A stretch of 64,000 nt of DNA from NCBI GenBank assembly GCA_963787255.1, contig CAWBCJ010000029.1, positions 160,001 to 224,000 of the forward strand. The letters are read 5' to 3'. The stretch comes from Methanobacteriota archaeon. Lineage in GTDB: Archaea; Methanobacteriota; Methanobacteria; Methanobacteriales; Methanobacteriaceae. Shown here piece by piece: positions 31,579 to 43,850 of this stretch. The notes below the pieces were generated by a model. It ran no database searches. It was not told where the DNA came from and saw nothing but the letters and a program-made list of their open reading frames with translations. The position numbers were made by a program, and so were the translations under genes. Positions within the stretch are counted from its first letter, which is position 1. Each line of letters starts with the position of its first letter.

Positions 31579-32428
31579 CTAAGCTTCTGCTTTTGGGGTT
31601 TCAGTTCCTCTAAGATAAGTCCACCAGTAGATTAGTGATACAAATATTGCTCCACCAATAATGTTACCTAATGTAGCAGGTACCATGTTGTTTACGAAGA
31701 ATTGTGTCCAGGTGACTCCACCTAAGAATATTCCAACTGGTATGAAGAACATATTTGCAACTACGTGCTCAAATCCTATTGCAACGAAAGCAAAGATTGG
31801 GAACCAAATTCCGAGTATTTTACCAATAATATCATCTGATGCGATAGCTAAGTATACTGCAAGACATACAAGCCAGTTACAGCCTATAGCTCTTAAGAAC
31901 ACTTGTACCCATGTTAAAGAAACAGTATTTTTTCCTGCTGCTACAAAGGTTGCTCCACCAAGAGCTTTTGTTTTAGCAATTGTTATTGCTGCCGCAGCCC
32001 ATGGGTCTGATGCTAATATACCAGTAGCTACAGCTAAGAAGTATGCTACAAATAGAGCACCTACAAGGTTGAAAACCCAACTTCCTACCCAATTTCTGAT
32101 AAGTCCAAACCAACTTGCTTTTCCCTTGGAGTATTCCAAACGGCATGTACATGTTGTTACCTGTAAACAGTTCTGAACCGGCTATTACGACCAGCATCAA
32201 TCCGACAGGGAACACTGCACCAAAGAGTAATTTTACTATTCCTGGAGGAGCACCAGCTGCTGCAAGACCTCCGGTTACAACTTCAGCTAAAAGACCTCCA
32301 AACGCAATATATGCACCCGCTAAAAAGCTTAAAATTAATAAATTACTTAACGGGGATTTTTCTTTTAATGCTGCTATACCAACACAAGCCTTGGCTGTGT
32401 CTGCAGGTGATTTAAAAGATGATGCCAT
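31579..32428 (-). CDS. fdhC: formate channel FdhC (formate/nitrite transporter family), split by a +1 indel near 32125
   Basis: [60 protein letters not shown]. Confidence 0.93.
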
Positions 32429-32502
32429 AACATTCGACCTCCTATTGTTTATCTTTATGGCCATGAATACTCATGAAACTATCTTTTTAAGATGATTCAT
32501 GA

Positions 32503-32661
32503 ATGTTCACGGAATTGTGGTCTCCCTTTATAGCAATTCTAAATCCATCATTATTTTTTATAAAAGATTTAGACAACGATATAAAGATATTCATGGAATT
32601 GTGGTCTCCATTTATGTTGATTCAAAACCTATCATTATTTTTTATAAAAGATTTTGAATCA
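32503..32661 (-). repeat. 84-bp-period tandem duplication in the fdhC leader, each unit with two hairpins
   Basis: GGAATTGTGGTCTCC at 32511 and 32595, and ATCATTATTTTTTATAAAAGATTT at 32547 and 32631. Confidence 0.85.
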
Positions 32662-32917
32662 TTCATGAATTATCATGAATATTCATAATAGAGTGATTAT
32701 ATTCACGCAATATAAAGATATTGAAAAAAGTTAAACCGAAAGATTTATATCTGACACGCATCTCCTTGCTTGTCGATTAGAGGTTTTTACAATTTATTTA
32801 AAAGAAAATATGCCCTTTAAATGTTTTTAAATAAATTTAGACATATACTACTTTTAAAAAAATTAAAATAAGAATATTAAGGAAATTAATTGATTTTAAT
32901 AATTCAAATAGAGAATC

Positions 32918-33167
32918 TTACTTTTTTTTCCCTTTAATTTGTTCTTCTATTTGCTTTTGGATTTCTGCATCAATTTTTCCTTTAATTTGTTCTTCTACTT
33001 CTTTTTGGATTTCAGCTTCAACCTTTCCTCTTATTTGTTCTTGTATCTCCTTTTGAATTTCAGGATCATCTTCGCTTTATTATTTGTTCCTGTATTTCTT
33101 TTTGAATTTCAGCTTCAACTTTTCCTCTTATTTGCTCTTCTATTACTCTTTCCAATTCTTTTGACAT
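32918..33167 (-). CDS. ~82-aa Glu/Gln/Lys-rich protein with 16-aa repeats; one +1 indel near 33078 (not in ORF track)
   Basis: [78 protein letters not shown], with 48-bp DNA periodicity. Confidence 0.7.
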
Positions 33168-33732
33168 ATTATAAAACCCCTATTCTTTGTATTAGAATCT
33201 ATTTACATATTTATAAATCTTTTTATTTATTCTTTTTTAAAATAAATAATAGTGTTTTTTAGGAATTGAAGGAAAGTTTAAGTATGTTCTTTAAACTAAA
33301 AATTAATTTAAACCATATTCAAATAAAGTCTTAAAATATTAAAAATAGAACTAGTAATTTAAACCACTTTTCTGGGATTTTATGATAATAGCTTCCATTA
33401 ATTATGCTTTTAAAGATGAAATAACCTGTGATAACCCTCCTCTAATCTAAATAGAGATCATGTTTTTAATTTAATGTAATTATGTTATCCTCCTATTTTA
33501 TGTAACAAACATGATTTTTTTTTATGAATACTCAGTAAGTTTTATAAGTCCTTACTGTATAACCCATAACATTCAAATAATATAATTATATTATTATTCC
33601 CCTAATGAGAGATCAAACTCCCTTTAAGCATAAGTATAGAGATAAGCTTTAATCAGTGAAAATACCTATTTAAAGGCATCATAAGGGTAAAAAAATGTTA
33701 ATTAACTTAATAATAACAAAATAGGTGATATA

Positions 33733-34128
33733 TTGGTATCTACAATTCCCTGTCCGCGATGTAAAACTAACAATAGCAAAAAGGCTCAAATCTGTTATAA
33801 GTGTAACGCCACTTTAAAAAAACGTAAAAACCCAAGCATATTGAGTACTAATCCACAATCTAAAATTGAATTAAAAATAATTGGAGTTGGAATTACAATA
33901 TTTGTAGCAACTAATATACTACTATTAAATATTGCATCTGATTATGCAATTATGATTTCCGGATTTTCAACATTGCTTTACTTGTATTTAGCGTTTAAAA
34001 ATTCTCCAATGCCTCAAAATTCCAAAAAAGACGTAAGAAGCAAGGGGATTAAAGTAATACTCAACTATCTGATTATAGTATTCTTGGGCATTGTAACTGT
34101 TATATGCACTTGGCTATATCTAAGTTAA
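33733..34128 (+). CDS. zinc-ribbon membrane protein
   Basis: CPRC..CYKC followed by 3 hydrophobic helices. GGTGA RBS. Confidence 0.75.
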   Translation: MVSTIPCPRCKTNNSKKAQICYKCNATLKKRKNPSILSTNPQSKIELKIIGVGITIFVATNILLLNIASDYAIMISGFSTLLYLYLAFKNSPMPQNSKKDVRSKGIKVILNYLIIVFLGIVTVICTWLYLS

Positions 34129-34294
34129 AAAAAATATTTTTTAAGAAACAATTAATCTGTCCAAAAATTATTTTTTAGCTTTAATGAATTTATTAAAATC
34201 TGGAAAAATTAATAATGAGATATGTTGGCCACTAATTTCATTTTGGAAATTATAATTATGACCATTTTACATGTAATTTTTAAATTTTTTGTAC

Positions 34295-35326
34295 TTATTC
34301 CTTCAATAATTCATCCAAATCAAATGATAAATCATCCGCAATTTCTTTAAGCTGCACATAAAGAACATCGTCTACTGGGATACCATTTTGCTTGGCATTT
34401 TTAACATTCATAACTTCCATGTCTCCAGGGATAAAAATATTTTCTCCAGAATCCTTAATTTCTACAACGAAATCATCCACTTCTTCTTTAAAATCTTCTA
34501 TATCCACAAATTTTGAAGGGTCTATTACCATTATGAGATCGCCCTTGGTGCAAATTTCCTCAGGATTAGCCGTTCCTGTTACTGCTTTACCATATGCAGC
34601 CTTAACCAGCGGGCCTGCAAGTATTTCAATCATGAATGCCAATGCATAACCTTTATGTGCTCCAAATGGTAAAATTGAGCCTTTAAGTGCTGCTTCAGGG
34701 TCTATTGTTGGATTTCCTTCTTCATCAAGTGCTACATTTTCTGGGATTTTCTGGCCTTTACGTATCGCTTCAAGAAGTTTACCCCTTGCAGAAGCAGATG
34801 TTGCCATGTCCACGGAGACATAATTTTTATTGGAAGGAATACCAATTGCTATTGGGTTTGTTCCAAGTATAGGTTCTTTTCCACCGATTGGGGCTACTGC
34901 AGGCTCTGTATTTGCAATTACAATTCCTATCATGTCTTTCATAATTGCCATGTCTGAATAGTATCCTGCCACTCCAAAATGGTTTGAATCATGTACTCCT
35001 ACAATTGCTATTCCAGTTTCCTTTGCTTTTTGGATTGCAATTTCCATTGCTTTATAGGCAACAACATGTCCAAATATGTGATTACCATTTATAAGTGCCA
35101 TGGCTGGAGTTTCTTTTTCTATTTCTATATCTGCATCTGTAACTATTGTTCCGGCTTTAAGTCCCTTTACATATTGAGGGAATCTTCCCAGTCCATGTGA
35201 TGTAAAGCCCTTTAAATTCGCGTCTAAAGTCACATCTGCAACGATTTCAGCATGTTCCATTGAAACGTTCATCCTCTGTAAAATCTCAATGATAATCTCT
35301 TTTTCCTGTTCTGCTGTTATATTCAT
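34295..35326 (-). CDS. comC: L-sulfolactate dehydrogenase (Ldh2 family)
   Basis: [36 protein letters not shown]. comDE lies in the same window. Confidence 0.9.
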   Translation of the reverse strand: MNITAEQEKEIIIEILQRMNVSMEHAEIVADVTLDANLKGFTSHGLGRFPQYVKGLKAGTIVTDADIEIEKETPAMALINGNHIFGHVVAYKAMEIAIQKAKETGIAIVGVHDSNHFGVAGYYSDMAIMKDMIGIVIANTEPAVAPIGGKEPILGTNPIAIGIPSNKNYVSVDMATSASARGKLLEAIRKGQKIPENVALDEEGNPTIDPEAALKGSILPFGAHKGYALAFMIEILAGPLVKAAYGKAVTGTANPEEICTKGDLIMVIDPSKFVDIEDFKEEVDDFVVEIKDSGENIFIPGDMEVMNVKNAKQNGIPVDDVLYVQLKEIADDLSFDLDELLKE

Positions 35327-35335
35327 TTTCGTCAC

Positions 35336-36361
35336 CTATAAATTAATAATACTTCCATCAAATGCTTTAACTCTAATTTTTTCTTCAGAATCTGCTTTAG
35401 CATGCCCTATTTTAAATGCTTTGTGACTTTTAATACTGGCAATGGTTTTCTGGGCATCTTCTTCCTTTACAATAACCACAAATCCAATATTCATATTAAA
35501 TACCCTGTACATTTCTTCTAAAGGCACGTTTGAGGCATGTATTGATTTGAATATAGGATATGGTTCCGGTAAATTATCAATATCATATCCAATACCTTTT
35601 TTAAGCCTTTTGAGGTTTAAGACTCCGCCTCCAGTTATATGGGCAAGGCCATGAATTTCAATATCTAAGTTAAGTAATTCAACAATTGTTTTGACGTAAA
35701 TTGCTGTTGGTCTTAAAAGTTCCTTGCCAACAGTTGTATTGGGATCATCAGGAAGTGGATCATCAACTTTTAAACCTAATTTATCAAAAAATACCTTTCT
35801 TGCAAGACTTAACCCATTGCTATGGATTCCATTACTTTCTATTCCTATTAAAACATCGCCGTCGCTGATTTTTTCTCCAGTTATTACTTTGTCTATGTCT
35901 ACAATTCCAATTCCAGTACCTGCAAGGTCAAAATCCTTGACAATTTCTGGAAGTGATGCTGTTTCTCCCCCAATCATTGCTATTTTAGATATTTCAGCCC
36001 CTTTAGCAAGTCCTTTTCCTATTTGGGATGCAATTTCGGGATCTGCCTTTTCAACGGCCAGATAGTCCACCATTGCTATTGGTTCTGCGCCAACACAGAG
36101 AATATCATTTACAACCATTGCAATACAGTCTATTCCAACAGTATCGTATTTATTCATCATTTTTGCAACTAATATTTTACTTCCCACGCCGTCTGTACTC
36201 ATGGCAATTGCTTTATTTCCTAATTTTACAAGAGCTGCAAAGTGACCGCTTTCTGTCATTACGTCTCTAAATGAAAGCGTTTTTTTAATTTCTGAAACCA
36301 GAGCAGAGACTGTTGCCTCCTCCAGATTAATATCAACACCTGATTCTGAATATGTTACCAT
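35336..36361 (-). CDS. purM: AIR synthetase
   Basis: [48 protein letters not shown]. Confidence 0.97.
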   Translation of the reverse strand: MVTYSESGVDINLEEATVSALVSEIKKTLSFRDVMTESGHFAALVKLGNKAIAMSTDGVGSKILVAKMMNKYDTVGIDCIAMVVNDILCVGAEPIAMVDYLAVEKADPEIASQIGKGLAKGAEISKIAMIGGETASLPEIVKDFDLAGTGIGIVDIDKVITGEKISDGDVLIGIESNGIHSNGLSLARKVFFDKLGLKVDDPLPDDPNTTVGKELLRPTAIYVKTIVELLNLDIEIHGLAHITGGGVLNLKRLKKGIGYDIDNLPEPYPIFKSIHASNVPLEEMYRVFNMNIGFVVIVKEEDAQKTIASIKSHKAFKIGHAKADSEEKIRVKAFDGSIINL

Positions 36362-36693
36362 GTAATTCACCAAAATATATTTTTAAAAATTTTAAAATAA
36401 AGGTAATTATAACTGTTATTTGATTTGCACTAATAAAAACTTTTTAGATCTTAAAGGTAAAAATGATTGATTTTTGATCATTATTATAATTGATTAAATT
36501 TCAGCTCAAATTAGTAAAATACAACTTTTTTTAATATATTTATTTTGCCGATTCTTTTAATTTTTAATCTGTTTTTGCTTTAAATGAGTTTAAAGAGTAA
36601 ATATAAATTATTAGCATAACTCTTTTATAATTATAAAACTAATTAAAAAGTAAATATGTATTTCGAATTGTTTTTAATCACATCTTTCATAAT

Positions 36694-37626
36694 TTATCCC
36701 GTAATTTCCAGTGATTCATCTAAATGAGAATTAGAAAGTGGTTTTAAAAGCTTTTTCTGATTAGAATTGTTTAATAAAGCTTTCAATACATCAGTTAAAG
36801 CATTAACTCCGATTTGTTGGATATTACGGTCGTCATCGTCTAGTAAAGCAATTAGTCTTCTCAAATGTCCCTTTTCTCTAAAAGTTTGGGTATAAAAACT
36901 TGCTAATTTTTGTAATGAGTCTTCTTTGCTGAATTCTAATTTTGAAACCTGGTAATATGAAATCATTTCATGTTCAATTAAGTTTTCGTAATGAACATTT
37001 TCAATTTCTTCGAAATAAGGAATCATTCTATCTATTTTCCGGTTAAAAACACGAAATATGCGTAATACGCTATTAATTGAGTTATTAGGGTAAAATATCT
37101 CGTTTTTATTTCTAATTTTTGATATATCTTTTGAAAGAATTTTAGGAGATGATGGGGGGATTAATGAAAATTTAATTTTATCTATTTTAGGCCTTAATTC
37201 AGCTAATATTTTAAAAATTATTTCAAATATCTTTAATTTATGAACTTCTAAAGCAATTAAATCTAATGAATATTGTGCAGACGTATTACTATCTTCATTT
37301 TTATTATAAGAGCTGTTTTTTAATTCTTTGATGATGATTTCTTGAATGTATTCATCATCTAATAGAAAATATATTTTTCCTAAAGCAGTAGCCTTTATAT
37401 CTTCGTTTTTATGTGATATAAGTGTCAGGATGATTTCTAAACCAAGTTTTAATTCTTCGTTTTGAGCACATTCTTTTGAAGTTTTAAATATTTTTTCTAA
37501 TTCTTCAAGATTTTTAAAATCATCTTTTGGTAAATATTTTTTTTGTAATAACTTTTTTGCACCATACGAATGTTTTGAAACTTTATTTACGATTATAATT
37601 TTTTCTATAATTGATTTCAGCCCCAT
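36694..37626 (-). CDS. hypothetical alpha-helical protein, possibly with HEAT-like repeats
   Basis: 310-aa ORF with HEAT-like segments LISHKNEDIKATAL and LLDDDDRNIQQIGVNAL. Confidence 0.6.
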   Translation of the reverse strand: MGLKSIIEKIIIVNKVSKHSYGAKKLLQKKYLPKDDFKNLEELEKIFKTSKECAQNEELKLGLEIILTLISHKNEDIKATALGKIYFLLDDEYIQEIIIKELKNSSYNKNEDSNTSAQYSLDLIALEVHKLKIFEIIFKILAELRPKIDKIKFSLIPPSSPKILSKDISKIRNKNEIFYPNNSINSVLRIFRVFNRKIDRMIPYFEEIENVHYENLIEHEMISYYQVSKLEFSKEDSLQKLASFYTQTFREKGHLRRLIALLDDDDRNIQQIGVNALTDVLKALLNNSNQKKLLKPLSNSHLDESLEITG

Positions 37627-37838
37627 ATTACTTCCCCATTTAAAATTTATTTGAGTAAGTTCTCCAAGATTAACTAAGTATTATTATATACATATAAATT
37701 ATTAAATATTATGTATCAGTAATAGATTAAGCTGAATTCAAAAAATAAAAAAATTATAAAAACATAAATATCTCTAATCATGTTTTTATTAATACATTAA
37801 AATAATTTTAGTTCTTTAAAAAAAGTTAAAAGAGAGAA

Positions 37839-39756
<1,918 letters not shown>

Positions 39757-39855
39757 AAAAATAGAAAATAATTGTAAACTTAGTTTACAGTTTTAAATAA
39801 ATTATAATAATAAATAAATCACGTTAATTTAATTTGGGGGTCAAAAAAAGTTAAT

Positions 39856-40479
39856 TTATTTTCTTAATCTAGGTATTACATCTTCTTCAGGCAGCATTTT
39901 AAATCCTTCTTTAGTTACTACTGCAACCATAACGCCATTACCTGAAAATGCGTCTCTTTCCATTGCAGACTGTATTGCCCTAACTGCAACATCTATTCCT
40001 TCTTCAACATCCATATCTTCGTGATATCTGTCTTCAAGGACACCATAAGCAACTGGTGAACCTGATCCAGTTGAAATCATTTTATCTCCAATTACTCCAC
40101 CGGTAGGGTCTAATGAGAATAATGCAGGTCCATTATCATCAACACCTCCAAGTAAAGTTTGAACGTAGAATGGATAAAACCTTGATGAATGTAATATGTT
40201 TGCTGTTAATGTTGCTGCGGATTCAACACTTATTCTTGCGCCGTTTCTTAATCTGTAAAGTGCAACTTCCGCGCTTATATATTTCATGAGACTTTGGGCG
40301 TCGCCTACTCCTCCGGCAATTGTAGCCCCAATATGATCATCAATTTTAAAAATCTTATCAGTAGCCTTATGAGCTATTAAATTACCCATGGTGGCTCTTC
40401 TTTCTGTAGCAAAAACAACTCCGTCTTTAAATTTTAATCCAACAGTTGTAGTGCCTTTTAATCTGTTTTCATCATTCAT
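39856..40479 (-). CDS. psmB: proteasome subunit beta
   Basis: Short propeptide then KG|TTTVG, TGSGS, ERDAFSG. Confidence 0.97.
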   Translation of the reverse strand: MNDENRLKGTTTVGLKFKDGVVFATERRATMGNLIAHKATDKIFKIDDHIGATIAGGVGDAQSLMKYISAEVALYRLRNGARISVESAATLTANILHSSRFYPFYVQTLLGGVDDNGPALFSLDPTGGVIGDKMISTGSGSPVAYGVLEDRYHEDMDVEEGIDVAVRAIQSAMERDAFSGNGVMVAVVTKEGFKMLPEEDVIPRLRK

Positions 40480-40956
40480 GAATACACCTCAAAAAAATAT
40501 GAAATTTAAATAAAAATAGTTTCCTATCCCTAATATTGGAGTTCATATTATATAAAGATTACTTGTTTTACTTTATTCGAATTTTAAGTTTTAAAACCCT
40601 ATTTCCAGTTTATTCACCAAAATAACTAATTTTTTTGGCTATATCCTTTTAATTTATCCATTTATAGCGTATAAATAGAAATTAATGGATGTGTTAAGAA
40701 CTTTAAATAAAAATTTAGTTATATTTTAATATTTTTAAATAGTTTTTAATGCTTTATGTTGATTATTTTATAGTTTTAAAGGAAATTAGAACAAAATAAT
40801 ACTTATTTATTGTATTATTCTAATTCTATTTATATTAGTTATGATTTTTAAAGTTTTTGTTTACTTATAATAAATTAGCCGAATTAAATGTACATAGTTT
40901 AAATTTTAATTAAAAAAAATAAAAAGGGAAAATCCTCAAAAATGAAGTGTTTAGGG

Positions 40957-41051
40957 CTCCGAAAATCAAAGCTTATAAAAAAACTTCGTTTTTTGTGCAT
41001 GAGAAATTCTGTTTTTTTGCCCCGAAAACAAGTTTTCGGGAGATTTTCGAG
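40957..41051. repeat. nested palindromic (REP/MITE-like) hairpin element
   Basis: Outer arms CGAAAATC/GATTTTCG, inner hairpins AAAAAAC-TTC-GTTTTTT and CCCGAAAAC-AA-GTTTTCGGG. Confidence 0.55.
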
Positions 41052-41241
41052 TGAAGAATTTTATTTTTTGGCACTGTTAAATTAAGTAAAAAAAATTATG
41101 CATTTAAAATGGTAAAATAAGAATAAATTTACTATTCATTCTCCTACTTCATTTTGGTTTGAACTTTATTTAATAAAAATGAAATATTTTTCACAAAATT
41201 CATGAAAATATTTAAAAACACAAATCACATATCAATATTAC

Positions 41242-41967
41242 ATGAAAGGCAAAGTCATCGGTGATATCCTCGTTTTAAAAAATGAACCTGCAAATTTACA
41301 GGAGCTTCTTAAATTACCGGAGGTAGAGCGCATAGTCAAATTAGGGAGGATAAATGGACCTAAAAGAGAACCAGATGTTGAAATACTGGTTGGGGATAAT
41401 ACAGAGACTATCCACCGGGAAAATCACTGTTTTTTCAAATTAGACGTGGCCAAGGTGATGTGGTCTAAAGGAAACACCACAGAGCGTAAAAGAATTGGAA
41501 ACATCGTAAAAGACGGGGAAACCGTGGTGGACATGTTCGCTGGAATTGGATATTTCTCCATCCCTATTGCAGTCCATTCCCAGCCTGAAAAGATTTATTC
41601 GATAGAAATAAATCCGGTGTCTTACGGCTATTTAGAGGAAAATATAGTCATTAACAAGGCAGAAAACATGATAGAGCCAATATTCGGAGACTGTAGAGAA
41701 GTAGCCCCTAAAGGAATTGCGGATAGAGTTCTAATGGGCTATATTGGAAATACTCATGAATTTTTAGATTCAGCAATGGAAATAGTAAGACCTGGTGGAA
41801 TTATTCACTATCACGAATCTGTTCCTGACCTTTTAAAGTTTGAAAGGCCTCCACAAAGGATTATTGATGCTGCAGATGGTCGTGAAGTAGAGATATTGAA
41901 AAAAAGGATCATTAAAAAATATTCTCCTGGTGTTTATCACGTTGTAGTTGATGCAAAAATAAATTAA
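41242..41967 (+). CDS. Trm5/Taw2 (Met-10+) family tRNA-modifying SAM-dependent transferase, likely Taw2-type
   Basis: VIGDI, HRENHCFFKLDVAKVMWSKGN..ER, DMFAGIGYF, ADRVLMG. Confidence 0.85.
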   Translation: MKGKVIGDILVLKNEPANLQELLKLPEVERIVKLGRINGPKREPDVEILVGDNTETIHRENHCFFKLDVAKVMWSKGNTTERKRIGNIVKDGETVVDMFAGIGYFSIPIAVHSQPEKIYSIEINPVSYGYLEENIVINKAENMIEPIFGDCREVAPKGIADRVLMGYIGNTHEFLDSAMEIVRPGGIIHYHESVPDLLKFERPPQRIIDAADGREVEILKKRIIKKYSPGVYHVVVDAKIN

Positions 41968-42006
41968 CTCCAAGAAGAATAAATAATTAAAAGAGGATTG
42001 GTTTTT

Positions 42007-42528
42007 ATGGAATTGTTTGAAGCAATAATGAATAGAAGAAGTATTCGTAAATTTAAGGAAGAAATTCCTGAAGATAAATTAATTGAAAAAATCGTCGAAG
42101 CAGGTATTTGGGCTCCTTCAGCAGGAGATTTACAAAGTTGGGATACTGTATTAGTTAAAGATTATCAGATAAAGGTTAAAATAGCTTTAGCTGCATATGT
42201 GCAGGAATTTATTGCCAAAGCACCGGTTTTAATTGTAATGTGTGCCAACAGAGCAAATGCAGGTGCCAGGTACGGTGAAAGGGGTCGGGAGCTTTACTGC
42301 ATACAGGATGCTTCTTGTGCAGCTTTGAACATGATGCTTGCAGCTTATGGCCTAGGATTAGGTTCTGCATGGGTTGGAGCATTTAAAGAAGAAGAAGTGA
42401 GGGACTTACTCAATTTACCGGCACATATAAGGCCGGTAGCACTAATTCCTATCGGATATCCTGATGAAGAGCCAGAAGCGCCTCTAAGAAGAAACGTTAA
42501 AGACGTGATTCACAAGGAAAAATACTAA
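42007..42528 (+). CDS. nitroreductase family protein
   Basis: RRSIRKF, APSAGD, GLGSAW, IPIGYP. Confidence 0.92.
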   Translation: MELFEAIMNRRSIRKFKEEIPEDKLIEKIVEAGIWAPSAGDLQSWDTVLVKDYQIKVKIALAAYVQEFIAKAPVLIVMCANRANAGARYGERGRELYCIQDASCAALNMMLAAYGLGLGSAWVGAFKEEEVRDLLNLPAHIRPVALIPIGYPDEEPEAPLRRNVKDVIHKEKY

Positions 42529-42546
42529 TTCTTTCATTTTTTTTCA

Positions 42547-43137
42547 TTGAATAGAAAAGACATGAATATTGATTCTAAAATAATGGGGATTGATCTGGCT
42601 GGAAAGCCTGAAAATCCTACAGGAATTTGTTTTTTAAGCAAAAATAATCTTTATTTTAGCACTGTTTTTAGTGATGAAGAACTATTGGATTGTATTAACA
42701 CGAATAATCCTTCTCTGATTGTTATTGATGCTCCACTTTCTCTTCCAAAGGGTAGATGTTGTTTAAGTAATAAATGCAGCTGCAGTGAAATTGGAGGGCA
42801 TTTCAGAGCGGCTGAAGTGGAAATGAGGAAATATGGACGTACATTGCCATTAACATTTCGGGGGATGAGGATGCTTACCGAACGAGGTATTAATCTTGCA
42901 GATAAGTTAAGGGCTGATTATGAAGTTATAGAATCTCATCCAAGGACTATACAGAAAGTTTTAGGTCTTGAAAATCCTGAAGACATTGCAAAATATTTTG
43001 AAATATCTTTAAATGTGAGTAAACATGAGTTAGATGCAGCATTACTTGTATTAAACGGTGTTTTTTATATTAAGGGTCATTTCATGGAATTTGGTTATAA
43101 AAAAGAAGGCATAATAATACTTCCCGAACTGCAATAA
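42547..43137 (+). CDS. DUF429 family (RNase H-like fold) protein
   Basis: GIDLA, IDAPLSLP, IESHP, HELDA. Confidence 0.85.
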   Translation: MNRKDMNIDSKIMGIDLAGKPENPTGICFLSKNNLYFSTVFSDEELLDCINTNNPSLIVIDAPLSLPKGRCCLSNKCSCSEIGGHFRAAEVEMRKYGRTLPLTFRGMRMLTERGINLADKLRADYEVIESHPRTIQKVLGLENPEDIAKYFEISLNVSKHELDAALLVLNGVFYIKGHFMEFGYKKEGIIILPELQ

Positions 43138-43284
43138 ACCCCTATTTTTTTTGGAATTAACTTATTTTTCAACTCTTTAAAAGTTTTTTTAAAGATCAAA
43201 ATAATTTCTTGAATAACACCTATTTGAAAATAAGTAATATTTTTATTCAATGATGATCATAAAAAAGTAAGGAGACAATTTTTT

Positions 43285-43581
43285 ATGACGAAAAGAGAAT
43301 CTGTAATTAAAGCAACATACGAAATTTTAAAACATTACAGATATTCAGGTATAACAACTTTTATTTTCAGAAGCAAACTTCGAGAACGGCTTCAAGAATA
43401 CAACGATGAAATTATTCGCGATCTTGAAGAAATACTCATTGAATATGAATGGGTATTAAAAGACAACAAAAACAAGCTTTTAATCCCTACGAAAAAACTA
43501 ATATCAACGGCAGAATACAAATTAACACACTTAGAAGTTAATAATACCTTAAAAATTCAAACCAGAAACTTGAATATTTAA
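43285..43581 (+). CDS. hypothetical protein
   Basis: 98-aa basic ORF with GGAGA RBS. Confidence 0.6.
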   Translation: MTKRESVIKATYEILKHYRYSGITTFIFRSKLRERLQEYNDEIIRDLEEILIEYEWVLKDNKNKLLIPTKKLISTAEYKLTHLEVNNTLKIQTRNLNI

Positions 43582-43611
43582 AAATAATAAAAAAAGATAA
43601 ATGGTGATAAT

Positions 43612-43815
43612 ATGACTGGAATTTCTCCTGAAACAGTTTATAATTTTTTAAAAGGCATGAATTATCCTGCAGGGAAAAGTGAACTCATTCAACAAGCTAA
43701 AAAGAACAATGCAGATACAAACGTGATCAAAGCTATGGAATCACTTCCAGAAAAGGAATATAAATCTCAAGACGATGTTATTACAACTGGATCTAAAATA
43801 TCACACGGCCAGTGA
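43612..43815 (+). CDS. DUF2795 family protein
   Basis: LKGMNYPAGKSELI..A..LPEKEYKS. GGTGA RBS. Confidence 0.85.
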   Translation: MTGISPETVYNFLKGMNYPAGKSELIQQAKKNNADTNVIKAMESLPEKEYKSQDDVITTGSKISHGQ

Positions 43816-43850
43816 AAAAAACCTAAAATTTATTTTTTGCAAATAATATC

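Noticed and set aside
26230-32428. Programmed frameshifting or pseudogenisation of the fdh operon
   Set aside because: Every break is a lone +1 base with no shared slippery site. The same pattern hits essential nop5, and the proteins are otherwise intact, so sequencing error is more likely.
32503-33167. CRISPR array
   Set aside because: The leader repeat has only two units with homologous interiors, and the 48-bp repeat is a degenerate coding repeat. There are no unique spacers and no cas genes.
32939-33262. 107-aa Phe/Leu-rich plus-strand ORF
   Set aside because: It is the shadow of the Glu/Lys-rich minus-strand repeat protein.
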